Of a DNA stretch of 64,000 bases, positions 40,041 to 54,125 are shown piece after piece. Positions within the stretch are counted from its first letter, which is position 1. Each line of letters opens with the position of its first letter. Under the pieces are notes generated by a model. The model saw only the letters and a program-made list of their open reading frames with translations. It made no database searches and was not told where the DNA came from. The translations under genes were made by a program, and so were the position numbers. The DNA is from the human T2T-CHM13v2.0 reference genome, Homo sapiens, in the NCBI RefSeq assembly GCF_009914755.1, contig NC_060927.1; one strand, given 5' to 3'.

Positions 40041-40689
40041 ATTATTATATTTAAGTATAAAGCGGTAATCTGTACATACTTGGAACATTTCTGACTTGAG
40101 AAGCTATAAAATCATGGATCAAAACAGTTGTACAAAAGATGGTGTTATGTGAGGTCCTTTGGATTTAATATAAGGAGCCAAATAAAAGCAGTCCAAATTT
40201 AGAAAAATCTTTCAAGCTATTCCGCGATGACTGTGTCTGTCATCACTTGGGAAAGGAAACTGTATGCTACTCGCATTCTAGAGAGCTGTTAGGAAATGCT
40301 AGCTGACCCTCAACAAACCTTCAGCCTCCCCAGGAACACAGTTAGGCAGCTTAATTTGGGCAAGCGAGGAGAAAGCATGAGCCCGTACCCAAGCACTGCC
40401 TGGTTTCCATCTGCGCGATTTAACCACAAGCCACAGAGCGCCTCTGCGGACACCAAGTCCAGCTGCCAGGGAAAGGTTTCAGACCCACGGTGGTGTCCCA
40501 ACAATTTCCAGTTCAGTGGAAATCTGGGGAACGCACAGGCTCATAGCATATGATTTCTTCATGTTTCATTAGTTTCCAGGTTTTAAACAATTTTAACCTT
40601 CTCTCTGGCACAGAGCTGCTGTACTGTAAGTAGAAATCACTGGACTTTGAGTAACATGAGCCTGTTTCACGTTTGTGGGTGGACATCCA

Positions 40690-40810
40690 ATTGGCACAGT
40701 GACCTTGGCCATGTCCTGACTCCTCTGAGCTTCACTTTCCTCATCTGTAAAATGGGTGAAAGCCAACTTCAGTGAGTTCTGGGGACACAAACATGTTTCA
40801 CATGTGCCTA
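40690..40810 (+). mobile_element. MIR fragment
   Basis: gtgaccttggcca...ctctgagcttcactttcctcatctgtaaaatggg. Confidence 0.8.
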
Positions 40811-41474
40811 GATAGATGCTGTTAGTCTCAACTCATTTGCTATCCTGAACTTAAACGGGTTGCCAATCTACTCTCACACCACTCTAAAACAACAAAAAAA
40901 AAATCTTTTCAAAAGCTAACAAACTGAACTAGGAGACGAAGAAAGAAAATTCACCGCTACATAAATTAGCCAGGAGCAAAGCAAGAAGCTGCCCGAGTAG
41001 GGCAGTTGGCTTCCCACAATTGATTCTTTAATAACTTCTGTAATATTTCTGAGGCACATCAAAGGACAGTAACAGCCCAGTGTTGGTAATCCCTCTCACA
41101 TATAAAAACTTTCATTACAGAGTGTTAAAGGCATCACTCTGCTTGAGAAATCGCAATCAATAGACGTTGGCCTTTTTTCTTCTTTTCTATCCTGGGGTAA
41201 CGGCACCAGCATTTTCTCTCCAGTAATGCAGTGCTGTGTGGCCAGAGTTTCCTCTGATGCTGCAGACGAGCACCAAGATGAAAAAATCTTTGTGATAAAT
41301 GAGAAAGAGGAGAAGAAGTTTGGGAGAATACCTCTCTGTGTTAGAAACCCGAAGTGTTCCATGCTAATTCACCCTAAATGCTGTTTGCAAATATTGGCTT
41401 AGACATGCATTTAAAAGTCACAGGGATTTGTTTTAACATGATTTCTTTTGCATTCCCATGTGGAAAATACCTTA

Positions 41475-41637
41475 TTTTAGAGTGAGACGCCATCTCTATT
41501 TCCCAGGCTGGAGTGCAGTGGCTATTCACAGGTACTATCCTCAACCCACAACAGCCTCAAACACCTGGGCTCAAGCAATCCTCGCACCTCAGCCTCCTGA
41601 GTAGCTAGAGCTACTGCATGCCCCACTGCGCCCAGCC
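41475..41637 (-). mobile_element. FAM (fossil Alu monomer)
   Basis: Monomer retaining the 7SL-derived segment gcagtggctattcacagg, which dimeric Alus lack. Confidence 0.85.
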
Positions 41638-42254
41638 TATAAAAGATTTCAATTGAAAAATGTTTCCAATTAGCACCCTAAGAGCAGGATAATTTTGGAA
41701 TACTGCAGCAGATCTTAGGGACACAAACTAAAAGGACAGCAGGCAGTCATTAATTTCTTTGTTCCTTATTATCTATAATACAATTGTTAGAGTCAGAAAT
41801 ATAAAATTACTTGCAGAAGTTTTTTTAAATTCAGCCTATTTGTTTCCTTTGAAAGATTACTCCAGGTTCTTTAAAAAGCCAGAATCACCACATTTTTCTT
41901 TTTATTATGAATGCATAAAGGCCAAAGGCCACTCATAGCATCTCCCTCGTAAACCGCATCTTGCCAAAGCCCGTGGCCAATTTCTGGCCTCCCTTTACTG
42001 AACCACTTAGTGGCATTTGGCCAGTTGACCACTCCCCTCCTTCATAAGCCGTTTTCTTGCACATAAACCCCCCAACCACACTACCCTTTCCCCACCTCTA
42101 CTACCTGGCTCCATTTGTCTTCATAGTTTTATAGGAATTTAAGTCATCTATTTGTGTGTATGTTTATTATCTTACTCCATGTCCCATGCCTAGAAATCCC
42201 TGGTAAGTTGTAGATACTCCATAAATATTTGCTGCCTGGCTGACTCTTAGTATT

Positions 42255-42360
42255 TTCTTTTGACAGATTAAAAGCTCAGAGGAGTGAAGCCACTTGCCTA
42301 AGACTGCATAGTAAGTGGCCGAGTCAGAATTGGAACTCTGAGCCCATACTCATGACCTTT
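42255..42360 (-). mobile_element. MIR
   Basis: aagctcagaggagtgaagccacttgcctaag...agtaagtggccgagtcagaattggaactc. Confidence 0.75.
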
Positions 42361-42400
42361 ATATAATAGAAAAAGCAGCCTCGGGATAAATGTCCAAGAG

Positions 42401-42584
42401 CAGGGTTGGCAAACTTTTCCCTTAAACGGGCAGACAGCAAGTATTTTTGCCTTTGTGAGCCACATATATATATAGTCTCTTGCATTTTTAAAAAAGAATA
42501 CTTTAAATACATAAATCTATTATTAGCTCAAAGGGTCATACACACAGGCCACAGCTGAATTTGGTCTTAGTTTGTCAACCCCTG
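42401..42584 (+). mobile_element. MER58-family hAT MITE (MER58C-like)
   Basis: Terminal inverted repeats cagggttggcaaact / agtttgtcaacccctg. Confidence 0.85.
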
Positions 42585-42661
42585 CTCAGGAGAATAGGAG
42601 CATTTTCTACTGGATTCATGACTTTAACCCAGGCCCAAGAATCCTGTGCAGAATCAATTAA

Positions 42662-42973
<312 letters not shown>

Positions 42974-45078
42974 AGAATGAATGAATTTTACCTTCATCCT
43001 CTAGACAACAAGATCCTCAAGGTTACCAGACTTGGGCATGTCCTACAGTTAAAAAACAGTTCACTTTCCACAAAAGGGAGCTGGATAAATTCCTATGGAT
43101 GGACACAATGATCAAGAGGAGGAAGAATCCTGATAAATTCCTATGTAGTAAGAGAAAATAACGCAAGATCAAGAGTGGCAAAATGCTGAAAATTTTGTGT
43201 TATTCTTTTTCCAATTAAGAGGCTTTCCCCCGCTATGAAGTAAGCAGGCATCACCAGAAGTGAGAGGAGGAAAATAACCGCTCTCACCTCTCCAGCGTCC
43301 TGTGCTCCTATCCTGCTGAGACTGTCTTTTGGCTACTACATAAAAAGCCAAAAAAGTGAGTCCTTCACAGCATGAGGATACTTTTAGCTGTTGGACACGG
43401 AGAAGGTTTTCTCTTGGTCTTTTATTCAATCATTCACAGAAAGGGACATCCTGTGACCTCATTTTCACTCTAAAGTAACAGAGAAAGCCAAGTGGCTTCC
43501 TGACTCTGGGTTCTATAGAAACCCTTGCTTTGATGGTGCCTTTCTCCTCCTCTGAGGCCAAGTCATGGTGGGGGCTGGTGGGGCTTCCTTCCATTTCCAA
43601 GACAGGTGGATCTCCTTGGGAAACAGCTGCTGTCTGGGAATCCTGGCAGCACCAGGGATAGAGAGAGAAGAGAAGCTCCAGTTTCAACCCTCTGAGTCAC
43701 TGCAAAAGAATCCCCTTCATTAAAACTAGTTCTCAAGGGAAAGGTGCTTAGAGAAAAAAAAAGACTCAGCAAAATGCATAGGACACTTGGGTAGGAGACA
43801 TTTCATTATGGCCACTTTGATAGCACCACTTTGAAGCAGTCATTTTGATTTTGGTATGAAACTTCTTGGAATTTTAGTAGAAGTTAGAGAATTACCTAAG
43901 TAAATGCTTTTTGATCAAAAATAATTTATATTTGCCAGTTTGTCTTTCATTTCTCCCCTTAAAGATAAGGGCTATGCCTGTCTCGTTTACCATTCCATCT
44001 CTAGTACTCAATATGGTACCTCACATATAGGAAGGGTATATTTATTTAAAAAATAACTACTATGACCATCACTACTACTGCCTATGTCCAGTGCTTACAT
44101 TAGATACATAATAATTTGTTGAAAAAATGAACTGCTACCATCACTACTACCATTATTGCCACATAATTACTATTGTCACCATCATTATTCCTATTGGCTG
44201 TCTATTGTAAAGCCAATGGGACAAGCATTATGCTTAGATTATTTCAATTATCATTCCCATTTCATAGATGTGAACACTGAAGTGCAGAGAAGTATCCTAA
44301 AACATATATACAGTATGTGGTAAAAAATTGAATTAGGTTATTATTATGATTAGTCTTGTCAAGTAAATTGGGAGAAATGAATAGGCTGAGAGATAAGGAT
44401 AAGGTTGTACTTAGTGCCTCTATTTTGGACTTTTAAGCATTTCTTTTCACGGAAAGGGACCAGGGATTCTTAAAGAAATGACTGATTCCAGATCTGCTCC
44501 AGGAAATAGACATGATGAATTGGCAAATTTTGTTGTGGAAAGCTATCAAAACCTACTAGAGTAATGTCAAAAGGACTTGGAGCTAACTTGAAAGGGGCTC
44601 CCACTGGCCAAGACAAATCAACTTCAATAAAAACAATGAAAGTGGTAGAATGAAATAGATCAAATACACAAACATTCAAACATTTCTTAAGAGTAAAAAT
44701 CAATGGTCACCCTTAGAAGTTGCCAGGACACCAACTTATGATTTAGAAAATATTAACAAAAAGAAACTAAGGGAAATTAAACACTTACCCTGCCTTTCCT
44801 GTATGGACAACCTTTCAAAGTAACAACACGACATGGAGGGAACGTTTTTCCTCATAGAGGAATCACAGTTAATAAAAGCAGGAGGAATGACAGATTTAGA
44901 AAATCACCATTTCACAGCTCTTAATGAAATAATGGGTCTAGACAACCACCATTCATAGCTGCAAAACCTTTGCCTTAAAGCTTAATTGGAAACTTGATAT
45001 TTAAGGCATCACACTGACAACATGTGAATCTAGGATCAATCCTAACTTAACTAAATGTGGGATAATAGTACATTACAT

Positions 45079-45250
45079 CAGTGGTTCCCATACTTTGAAG
45101 CACATTAGAATCACTTGGGGAACTCTTAAAAATCTTAATGTTCAGGTCGTGTACCAGATCAATCAAATCACAATGTCTGGGGTAAGAGTATCAGTAATTT
45201 TAATTTGAGATGTTTTAGGTGATTCCACTGTGGAGCAAAGTTCAGGAATC
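45079..45250. mobile_element. MER5A1-type hAT MITE
   Basis: cagtggttccca...cacattagaatcacttggggaactcttaaaaatc...aggtgattcca...gcaaagttcaggaatc. Confidence 0.8.
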
Positions 45251-47477
45251 TTTTCATTTTATGGCTCATGGTGTGATGCTCCCTATGATATATTAATGTT
45301 ACTATCATAGGGAGATATATTAACATCCTATGATATATAACCAAATATTTACCAGAAACAGAAGAAACGTGTTTAAGAATGACTACAAAAATGCAAATCA
45401 GAAATCAAATGTGTGAAAAATTCAAAGAGGGTGTGAATGGCATATCTTCTCAACAAACAAATGTCATTTTAAAAAATGGTGTGTTGGGGGTGGGAATGGA
45501 GGGCTTTCCTTAAAACATGACTGGAAAAGTTATGCTTCTGGCTATGAATGAATAACTTCATACATCAGACTAATCCTCCTGCAGAAAGTAATTGTGATAG
45601 ATGCATAAATTAAAAAAAAAAAAAAAGCTGTTCAAAAGCATCAGAGCACAACCAAGGCATGCAAGATTCAAGCATCCTAGATGATGCAGGGAAAGAAAGC
45701 CCACTGAGGTGAGCTCTATAGTTAAAGCAACTTTGTGTCCTAAGGGCATTTGCGAATTTGCATCGTGAGGGAATAAACCAAGTAGAAAGCAGCAGCTAGA
45801 GCTTGATGCAGTTTCTGAGCTAGAGAGAGAAGTTTGGAAGTTAAGGGCTATAGAAGCAGCAGCTAGGACTTGAGGGACTAAGATTTGTGAGAACGGTGAA
45901 CCAAAGAAAAGTGATCCCAATACTCCTAACGTAATTTCCCCTTGAGATATTTGCAAATTCCTAAACTGCAAATATATGAAGAGACCAATAAACTAAGCAA
46001 AAATCAATGCTAAAAGACCAAAAACGAAGGAGCCATTTTGTCAGTCTAAAAGGGTTGGGGAGACAAAATTGCAATTTAGAAGACACTAAGGAGAAAGGGC
46101 CATCGTAAATGCCCCAAAATTTCATTTGAGAAACTCAAAAGGCTTGAATTGTTAGGACAAACTAGAAATAGACCACAGAATTTGAAAAATATCATTTCTG
46201 GATTAAATCAATATAACTTGCTTATACTGTATCCACCTGCCAGAATGTTAACATATCTCTGCAAGAAGATAAAATCCACATTAAAGGAAACACTAAAAGG
46301 AACTAAAGGGGGTTATTTGGGCAGATTAAAAATTTCCCAGATGAAAGCATAGAATGTAGGATGGAAGAAAGAGTACTAGGTAAATTGGGGTAAGTACCAC
46401 TCTAACAATTTAATCAAGAGAAATGAATACATGTCCACACAAATATCTATACATAAGCAGCTTCATTCATAATAATCCAAACTTGTAAACAACCCCTATG
46501 TGAACCAAGTGAATGGATACACAAAATGTCGAATAACCATACAATGGAATACTATTCTGCAATAAAAAGGAACATTAACACATGCAACCACTATTCTCCA
46601 AGTCATTATGTTCACTAAAGGAAGCGAGACACAAGGGAGTTCATATTATGAGTTAATTCATTAAAAATCCTAGAAAATGCAAAATCACCGCTAGTGACAG
46701 AAAATAAAATCAACGGTTGCCTGAGAGCTGGGAGTGACAGAAGGAAATGTCCACAGTGTGGCACAAGGAAAGTTTTAGGGGTGGCAGAAATGTTCTGCAC
46801 CTTGATTTTGGTGGACTCATGGGTGTATCCCTCTTTTAAAGCTCAATGAATGAATTTTACATGGGCACAGTTTATTACATACACACTATACCCCAATAAG
46901 CTTTTTTTTTCCTAAAAGACAGTTGAAATTCCCCAAAGACAGATCAAAAAGATAAGTTGCTGTATTATTCTATTGAAGTTTAAAAACAGATAAAATCAAT
47001 CCATGATTATTAAAATGGTGTATATCTTGCAGAGCAGGTGTTCACTTAGTGAACAGGAAATTTCTGGGTACTAGTGCTAGTGAGTGGTATTTTCTACATC
47101 TTTGAGAAATAGTTACATGGGATGTTTATTTTGAAAATATTTATTGAGCTAAACACTTAAAATGTGTGCACTTTTGCTGTTTTTGTCATACTTCAATAAG
47201 AAAATTTAAAGGTGGAGGATTGAGAGAAATTAAAGAAAATCCAAGAGACAAAGCAACCAAAGGCAATGCATGGATGTCATATGGCTTATGATTTTAAAAA
47301 CTCAACTGAAAAAAATGTGAGGAAATGAATGAAAATCAAACATGGACTATTTATCATATATTAAAGAATGCTTGCTCATTTTATTGCATGCTACTGTGAT
47401 TACATTTAAAGTCCTTATCTGCTAAATAAACATACTAAAGTATTTATAGGTGAAATAATTGAGTAGGATTTGCTTTA

Positions 47478-47820
<343 letters not shown>

Positions 47821-48384
47821 TCAAGTATAGGTTGATCATCATGGAAGTTGGATGACAGATGCATGAGAATCCATACTATTCTCTTGAGTTTTGCATATAT
47901 GTAAGAATATTTTTACAAAGTAAAAATACAATTCAAGTGAAGATGAGGTACAAGGATGAGGCAGAGGGCCCAGGAGGGTGTGAAGATGTCTATTGTGCCT
48001 ATGACCTATATTCTATTCTTTGCACTTTGAAGATTAAAATACCCACAGCATCAAAATGGCTATGTCAAAATGTCTTGCTTCAGAATTTGCATGGCAAGAA
48101 TTTTCTCAGGGGCCCAGAAACATGACAAGCATGAAAAGAATGAAATTTACGAGAGTCCAATTAGGTCCTGAATGACAGCCAGGCAGATATATGATGACAA
48201 ACAGTGTCCTTCGTTTCTCCAGAGACTGATCTACTTTGGGCCCAAAGAGAGGAAAGTGAGCTTGTATAATCCTGGGAATTTCACCATCCTTCTTCTGGTC
48301 CCTAGTTATCTCCATCTGAAGCCTATTCAGGTTTTGGAAGGGAGAGAATAAAATGGGCAGCCAAAAACCAGATTCTGATGGCAT

Positions 48385-48883
48385 CAGTCAGAATCCTGAC
48401 AGGACACAGATGTCATACTCCTCTGCAACTTTGAAGAGAAATAAACTATTTTCAGAGGTGGAGGTTGGGTTACAAGGTAAGGATTTGAAGCCCCTGGTAC
48501 TAGCTACAGCAGAATGCCTTTAGTATCCTGGGCCTAAAAAAGCAAAGAAAGAGAACATGTTATCAGAGCCTGGTGAGGTAAAGGTGGGTGGGTTAGGGGT
48601 AGGGGGTGGGGAGTGGGACGACTATCATCACTGCTACAGCCTTGAAGGGACACAGACCCTGAAAAACATGATGAGAAAGACTTCCATGGGAGTAAACATC
48701 CCCCATCTCTCTCTCTCTGCCCATTGCCTGGTCTCTTTCCAGTACCTCCCATTGACCAAGCCCAAACTGGAAGACAGAGACATGGAAGCCCAGGTGACAC
48801 AGTCAACCTCCTGGGTCAACAAGCAGGGCAGACAAGGTCGCCTAATAGGCTAGGAAGGCGGGGGATGGAGAATTACCAGCACA
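48385..48883 (-). mobile_element. LTR41-family ERVL LTR
   Basis: cctcccattgaccaagcccaaactggaag...ggagaattaccagcaca matches the LTR41 reverse complement as recalled. Confidence 0.7.
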
Positions 48884-49369
48884 TGCCCCCAAAGGGTAAT
48901 TTACACCACACTGGAATACATAAGATCTTCAAAGCCACAGTTAGTTAGAAATGATGGCCATTTGGCAAAAGCTAATTCAGTCAGACCCAGGGTTGCAGAT
49001 CCTTAATTTAAATGGAACTGAGTATTTCTAAGCATTTCACAAGAGGCCCAAAGACAATGAATGATAACAGATTCTTTACCCACACACACACACCCTCCCC
49101 ATGGGGGAAACGGTAAGGAGCTACTCATGCTCATTCTCAAGTTTGTAAAACAAAAATCTTTTCTTCTATATTAGAAATTTCCAAAGTAAATGCACAAAAA
49201 AGGGGAGAAATGTGGTTGCATTTTCCATTGGGCTTTAACCATCACTCTGCGAAAGAGAAGAGTTCAGAGCAAAGTCATCACAGGTGGAAACAATCTCAAG
49301 ATCAGATGGGAGAGGAGTATCCTCTTCCCCCCACCTCCCCCGCTCCAGGGGTATGTGGTCCTCTCTTGG

Positions 49370-49750
49370 TTGGTGATGCCAACCCTGCTTCCTCTGGCCC
49401 TGGGTTTTGTACCTGCTGCTTTCTCTGCCCTTAATGTGCTTTCCTCCCTTCCTTCACTTGTTAACTCCTATTCCTATCTTAGCTCAATTGTCACTTTCCA
49501 GAGGAAACTTTCCCATGTTCACTAATGAGGTCAAAGCCCCTAAGACATACTGTCATAGCATCTGGAACTTTTCCTTCATGAAAGCACTTTCACAGTTTTT
49601 GGTATGGCTGTTTGATATTGTCTATCTCCCCAGCTGAACTGGTAGTTCCACGTGGCAAGGACTATGTGTATCTTTGAGTACCATTGCATTTCCAGGGCCT
49701 CACATATAATCTGGCTCATAGTAGGCACCCAACTATTGTCGAATGAATGA
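49370..49750 (+). mobile_element. L2 3' region
   Basis: cctgctgctttctctgcccttaatgtgctttcc...ggctcatagtaggcacccaactattgtcgaatgaatga. Confidence 0.85.
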
Positions 49751-49870
49751 GTCTTCACTGCAAGATAAAGTGACAACAGTTTTCCACTCTAGAGACCATC
49801 TACGTTTTTCCCTTTCAATGTACAACATGATTTTGTTTTCTTTCCCCCACCCCCCACAGCATTAAATTAC

Positions 49871-50115
49871 TGGAAACACATCCTATGCTCATAGATGGGT
49901 AGAATCAATATTGTGAAAATGACCATATTTCCAAGAGCAACCTACAGATTCCATGCAATTCCCATCAAAATACCATCATCATTCTTCACAGAACTAGAAA
50001 AAACAATCCTAAAATTCATATGGAACCAAAAAAGAACCTGCATAGACAAAGCAAGACTAAGCAAAAAGAACAAATCTTAAGGCATATTACCCGACTTCAG
50101 ACTATACTACGAGGC
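49871..50115 (+). mobile_element. Isolated L1PB/old L1PA ORF2 internal fragment
   Basis: Encodes [47 protein letters not shown] (L1 ORF2). No 3'UTR or A-tail. Confidence 0.92.
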
Positions 50116-53100
50116 AGAGTGATCTTAACTGTACCAAGCTAAATCCTACATCTAGATTCACAGATGCAAAAGTGTTTAATAAAACCAAGTTACTTGCATT
50201 CTTAGGCTCATGTAGATGCTGTACGCAGATGGTCTTCTAAATAGGTTTTAGATATGTCAAAACTTTCTCCAGCCACAAAGTCAAGAATGATCACCTTAGG
50301 GTTGCAGTATACTCAATTATTTATACTCCTTCTATGATCAAGGGTAGTAGTATCTGCATTAAGTAGTTTCCTCCAAACCAGAAAGGAACGAATTGGCAGA
50401 ATATATTTCCTTGCCTCCAGAAATAACTTATCATCATTAGAATCATCTGATATTTTTGGGATCTGGAATCTATGTTCTGTATTTGTGAGGGTAACTATGA
50501 GACTTGAACAGTCCACCAGGGATCTTAAAGGCATGTTTTCAAAACACAGCCCCCATCAAAACAGTGTGCTGTTACCAAATATGTTTGGGCAATGCCACTG
50601 TGAAATTTACAACATACACTAACAGAGAGTTTGAGAAATCCCATGGCTGGTAGAGCTTGGCAAAGGGAAATGTGTTTCCCTCACATATCTAACTAGGAAA
50701 CCGTCATTTCGAATACTTCCTCTTACTATCCTGAAGGCCATATTTTAGGAAATGCTGCACTGGAGGAAAGATGTTCTAGAATAGACAGGTACTACAAGAC
50801 TGAAAAAGAGAAAATTTAACATGCTTTCCTGCTACTGAATCTATTCTATATATCCTGTTTTTCTTCATAGGTGTTTGCCCCACAATATTTTTGTTTTCTC
50901 ATTATCTCTAATATTAAAATGGGAGAAAACAGTAATACAAGCATGTTGAAAAACTGATACCGTGAAATATTGAAAATTTGAAATTGATTAATGTTGGTTC
51001 CTAAAGCAAATTATTTTACTGAAAAAAATGGTTCTATTAATCTAAATAGATACATTTATTAATATGTGTTGACTACATAGGTATGTACCTAGGAGTTTTG
51101 TAGAGAGCATGTCTGTTTAGAAATAAGCATACAAATACATAACTTCATGTAACGAGTATGCTGAACAAGCATGATCCATTGCATAAAACACAACATTTTA
51201 CTCTCCTTGCCCCTCTAAATTTGATTAGGTGGTAATAATCTTCCTTTGCCCTTGGATAAAAACTACAGCAGGCCCACGAGTTTGCTGTTCACAGGTAATG
51301 GGCAGTTCTAAAACAACTTCAGGTTACACATACAGTCCCAGGTGAGAAAACAAACTCCACAACCATGTTGCTTTTGTATGGAATCTTTCCCCTTCTCAGC
51401 TTGTCCCTGCTTCAGACTGAAAGCCTCCAGATCACCCTGTGGCCCCTCCACCTTATTAGCCAGCATTCTGCCTTTCTCAAGGTTGAAGAAACTAAGAGAC
51501 AGAAGGGCTCCTCCTTGTGCTAGTTCTGTTATAATCTAGCTTGGCTGTCTCTGGGCCTGGCAGATAGTTAGGGCTGACACTTTCTCTTTTGATAAGCTTT
51601 TATGGATTCTGCAGAGGTTTCCTGTTGGGTTCTTTTCTCAAACAGCTCACTAGATCCCAGGTGGGTGGCCGGGGATCCCCCATCCCAAGCCCCAGGTCAT
51701 CTAGGCATCTGCCTTGGACTTCATATGCTACTTTTCCATGACTCCTTCAGTTACTGTATTGAAGTATATCAAAAACAACCCCACGTTGGCCCTCTCCTTT
51801 GCACAGTCCAGAACTGATCCCCAGGAAACACACACATCTCATGCCTTGACAAAAACTGGGAAATATTGGCCACTTCGCAAGCAGGAGCATTCCTACCCTA
51901 CCACCCAAGCAGTTGGCCAGCCCCTCTTCTCCTGGCCTTCCAGAGTTTCAGGGTGAGTCTCAAATGCATGGGCCCTCTAAACTTCCCAGGCTTGATGCAG
52001 GCACAAGCCTCTGGTTTTCCAACTGCAAGAAATAATTCAGAGCTTTCTGATTAGTCCTCTTAATGCCTCCTATTGGGGTTTTGGGTTACAAGATAGTACA
52101 CTCTACTTTTTCTCCCAAGAGGGTAATGATGACTCAATACATGGCCACAGTTGTCTCTAAAGAGACATCTTCTCTTGTCTCCTCTGGACTCATATATACA
52201 AAAGCCATGGACCAGGATCATGACTTTCTATATGAGGCAGCTGTCTTTTGGTCGCTGTATTATGGGTGGCTCTGTGAAACTGAGACAATAGACAATACAA
52301 CCATTCTAACATCCTACTACCTACGTCGTACACATATATATGTGTGTACGTCATATTTTACTATACGGTTTCTATAACAACTTCAAATAGTTAACGCTAT
52401 AAGAGCCTCAACACTCCCCAATTCAATTATAATCTCCAGCTTTCACTGATCACTGCTGATTTGGTTATAAATGACTTCACAACCAAAAGCTTACCTTGAG
52501 AATTTTTCAATCCCTATGTTCCCAGATTCAAATAAATAAAACCTACTTGAAATATGTGGACTTAAAATAGTCTTCCAACGCATTCCTCACACATGAAATT
52601 ACTCTCGAATAACTAGCTATTGGTGACATTCCTGATAGTGCCCTAGATTTCTCAACTTTTGCAAGAGCCCAGATGGTCAGAAAGAACTTTACCAAATTTG
52701 GTTACTTGTTTTTAATGGAAGGATTTTAAATGTTCTTTTAACAATCATCTCAGCTGCATTTAAAGGCTACTTAGCAGTGTTTGCAGCTAGGAGAACAGAT
52801 AATTACCAGAGTGAACTAGCAAATTCCTACTGGTTATAACCTGAAATGGGAAGTAATACATGGTCAAGAATGTAAAAAATTACTTATATATATATACATT
52901 TACGCACACATTTTTTAATATCAAGTGAGCAAAATGGTATTAAATCTGGTTAATTCTGCCCATGTCCATTTGAAAAACAACCGTGTAATTTGCCTAAGAA
53001 AAAAATTCTCTCATAGTTAAGTCAGATGCCTAATTATATCATCCTTTATCTGGGACTGTCAAAAATAAAACATTTTGGATCTATTCACAATAAAATGAAA

Positions 53101-53989
53101 TTTTCAGATTCAATTTCATACAAGTTTTTTATCCATTATGCTCACAGATCAAAAGTGACTGGATTCATCAGCCAAAAAGAATATTTTAAAGAGCTGCTGA
53201 GAACTTTATAAAAATAATTCTGATTTTCTTTTGTGGGGGAAACAATTTCTTTTAGAGGAGTTAGAAAAAAGTGAGAAAAAATTTTTTGAAAGAAAAAGAA
53301 CCACCAATGTTACTAGAGAGCAGAGTTGACATGGCGTTACTCACAGTGACTGGTTAAGGGTAAAAGTGGGGGAAAAAAGCAAAACTGTAAAGTAACTGAT
53401 TATTTCACTGTCTTCACCTGGCCTTAATTCAAATCAGAACACTTCTCCCACCTGCATTACTTCAAACAATTTACCAGAAAAGAAGAGAAAATGTGGATTA
53501 CATAACCCAGAGCATATAGAGCGAAACTGCAATGCTATCATTCAGCAATCACAGTGCTCTAGTTTATTTTTAAAATAGCTCAGAATTGGCCATGCTCAAG
53601 AAGTGGTCCTACATACAGCAAGAGAGCTCTTCGTTTAATACAATACAGATTTTTCCTAACAGCTTCCTCTGCTACTTCACATATTTCTTCCATATCCCTA
53701 CATGGCCCTCCTAAGAAATATACCTTTAGCAATGAACACTAGGAAAACATATCGTTGTGGAAAGGCATGGGAGAGAGTCTACTCTCTTTACTTGCTTTAG
53801 CGTGAGGCAGAAAATATTTCTTACAGGGTAGCCATCCAATACCTGAGCACTTTCAAATACTCTGCAGCAGGTAATTTGTTTTTCAGAAGGGTGGGAGTTA
53901 AAAGTAACACAGAAAGTCATAATGGGGTGAGAGATTAGACTTTTCTCCAAAGTTACAGCCTTTAGATTTAGCTCCTGCAATTCTGAAGG

Positions 53990-54125
53990 GCCTCAGAGAT
54001 AAGGAAATCATGTTGCAAATGTGAGAAGTGAGATTTAGAGAGGTGAAGGGACCTGCCCAAGGCCTCCTAGAAAGAAGAAGAGACTCTGGTACTCGAGGCC
54101 CTCAAGTCCAGGGTTCTTTCCACTT
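53990..54125 (-). mobile_element. MIR
   Basis: gagatttagagaggtgaagggacctgcccaagg...ccagggttctttccac. Confidence 0.7.

Noticed and set aside
40430-40455. CTCF-like motif (also 7472-7487 and 37761-37780)
   Set aside because: Each needs a one-base gap or several mismatches to fit the CCASYAGRKGGCRS core.
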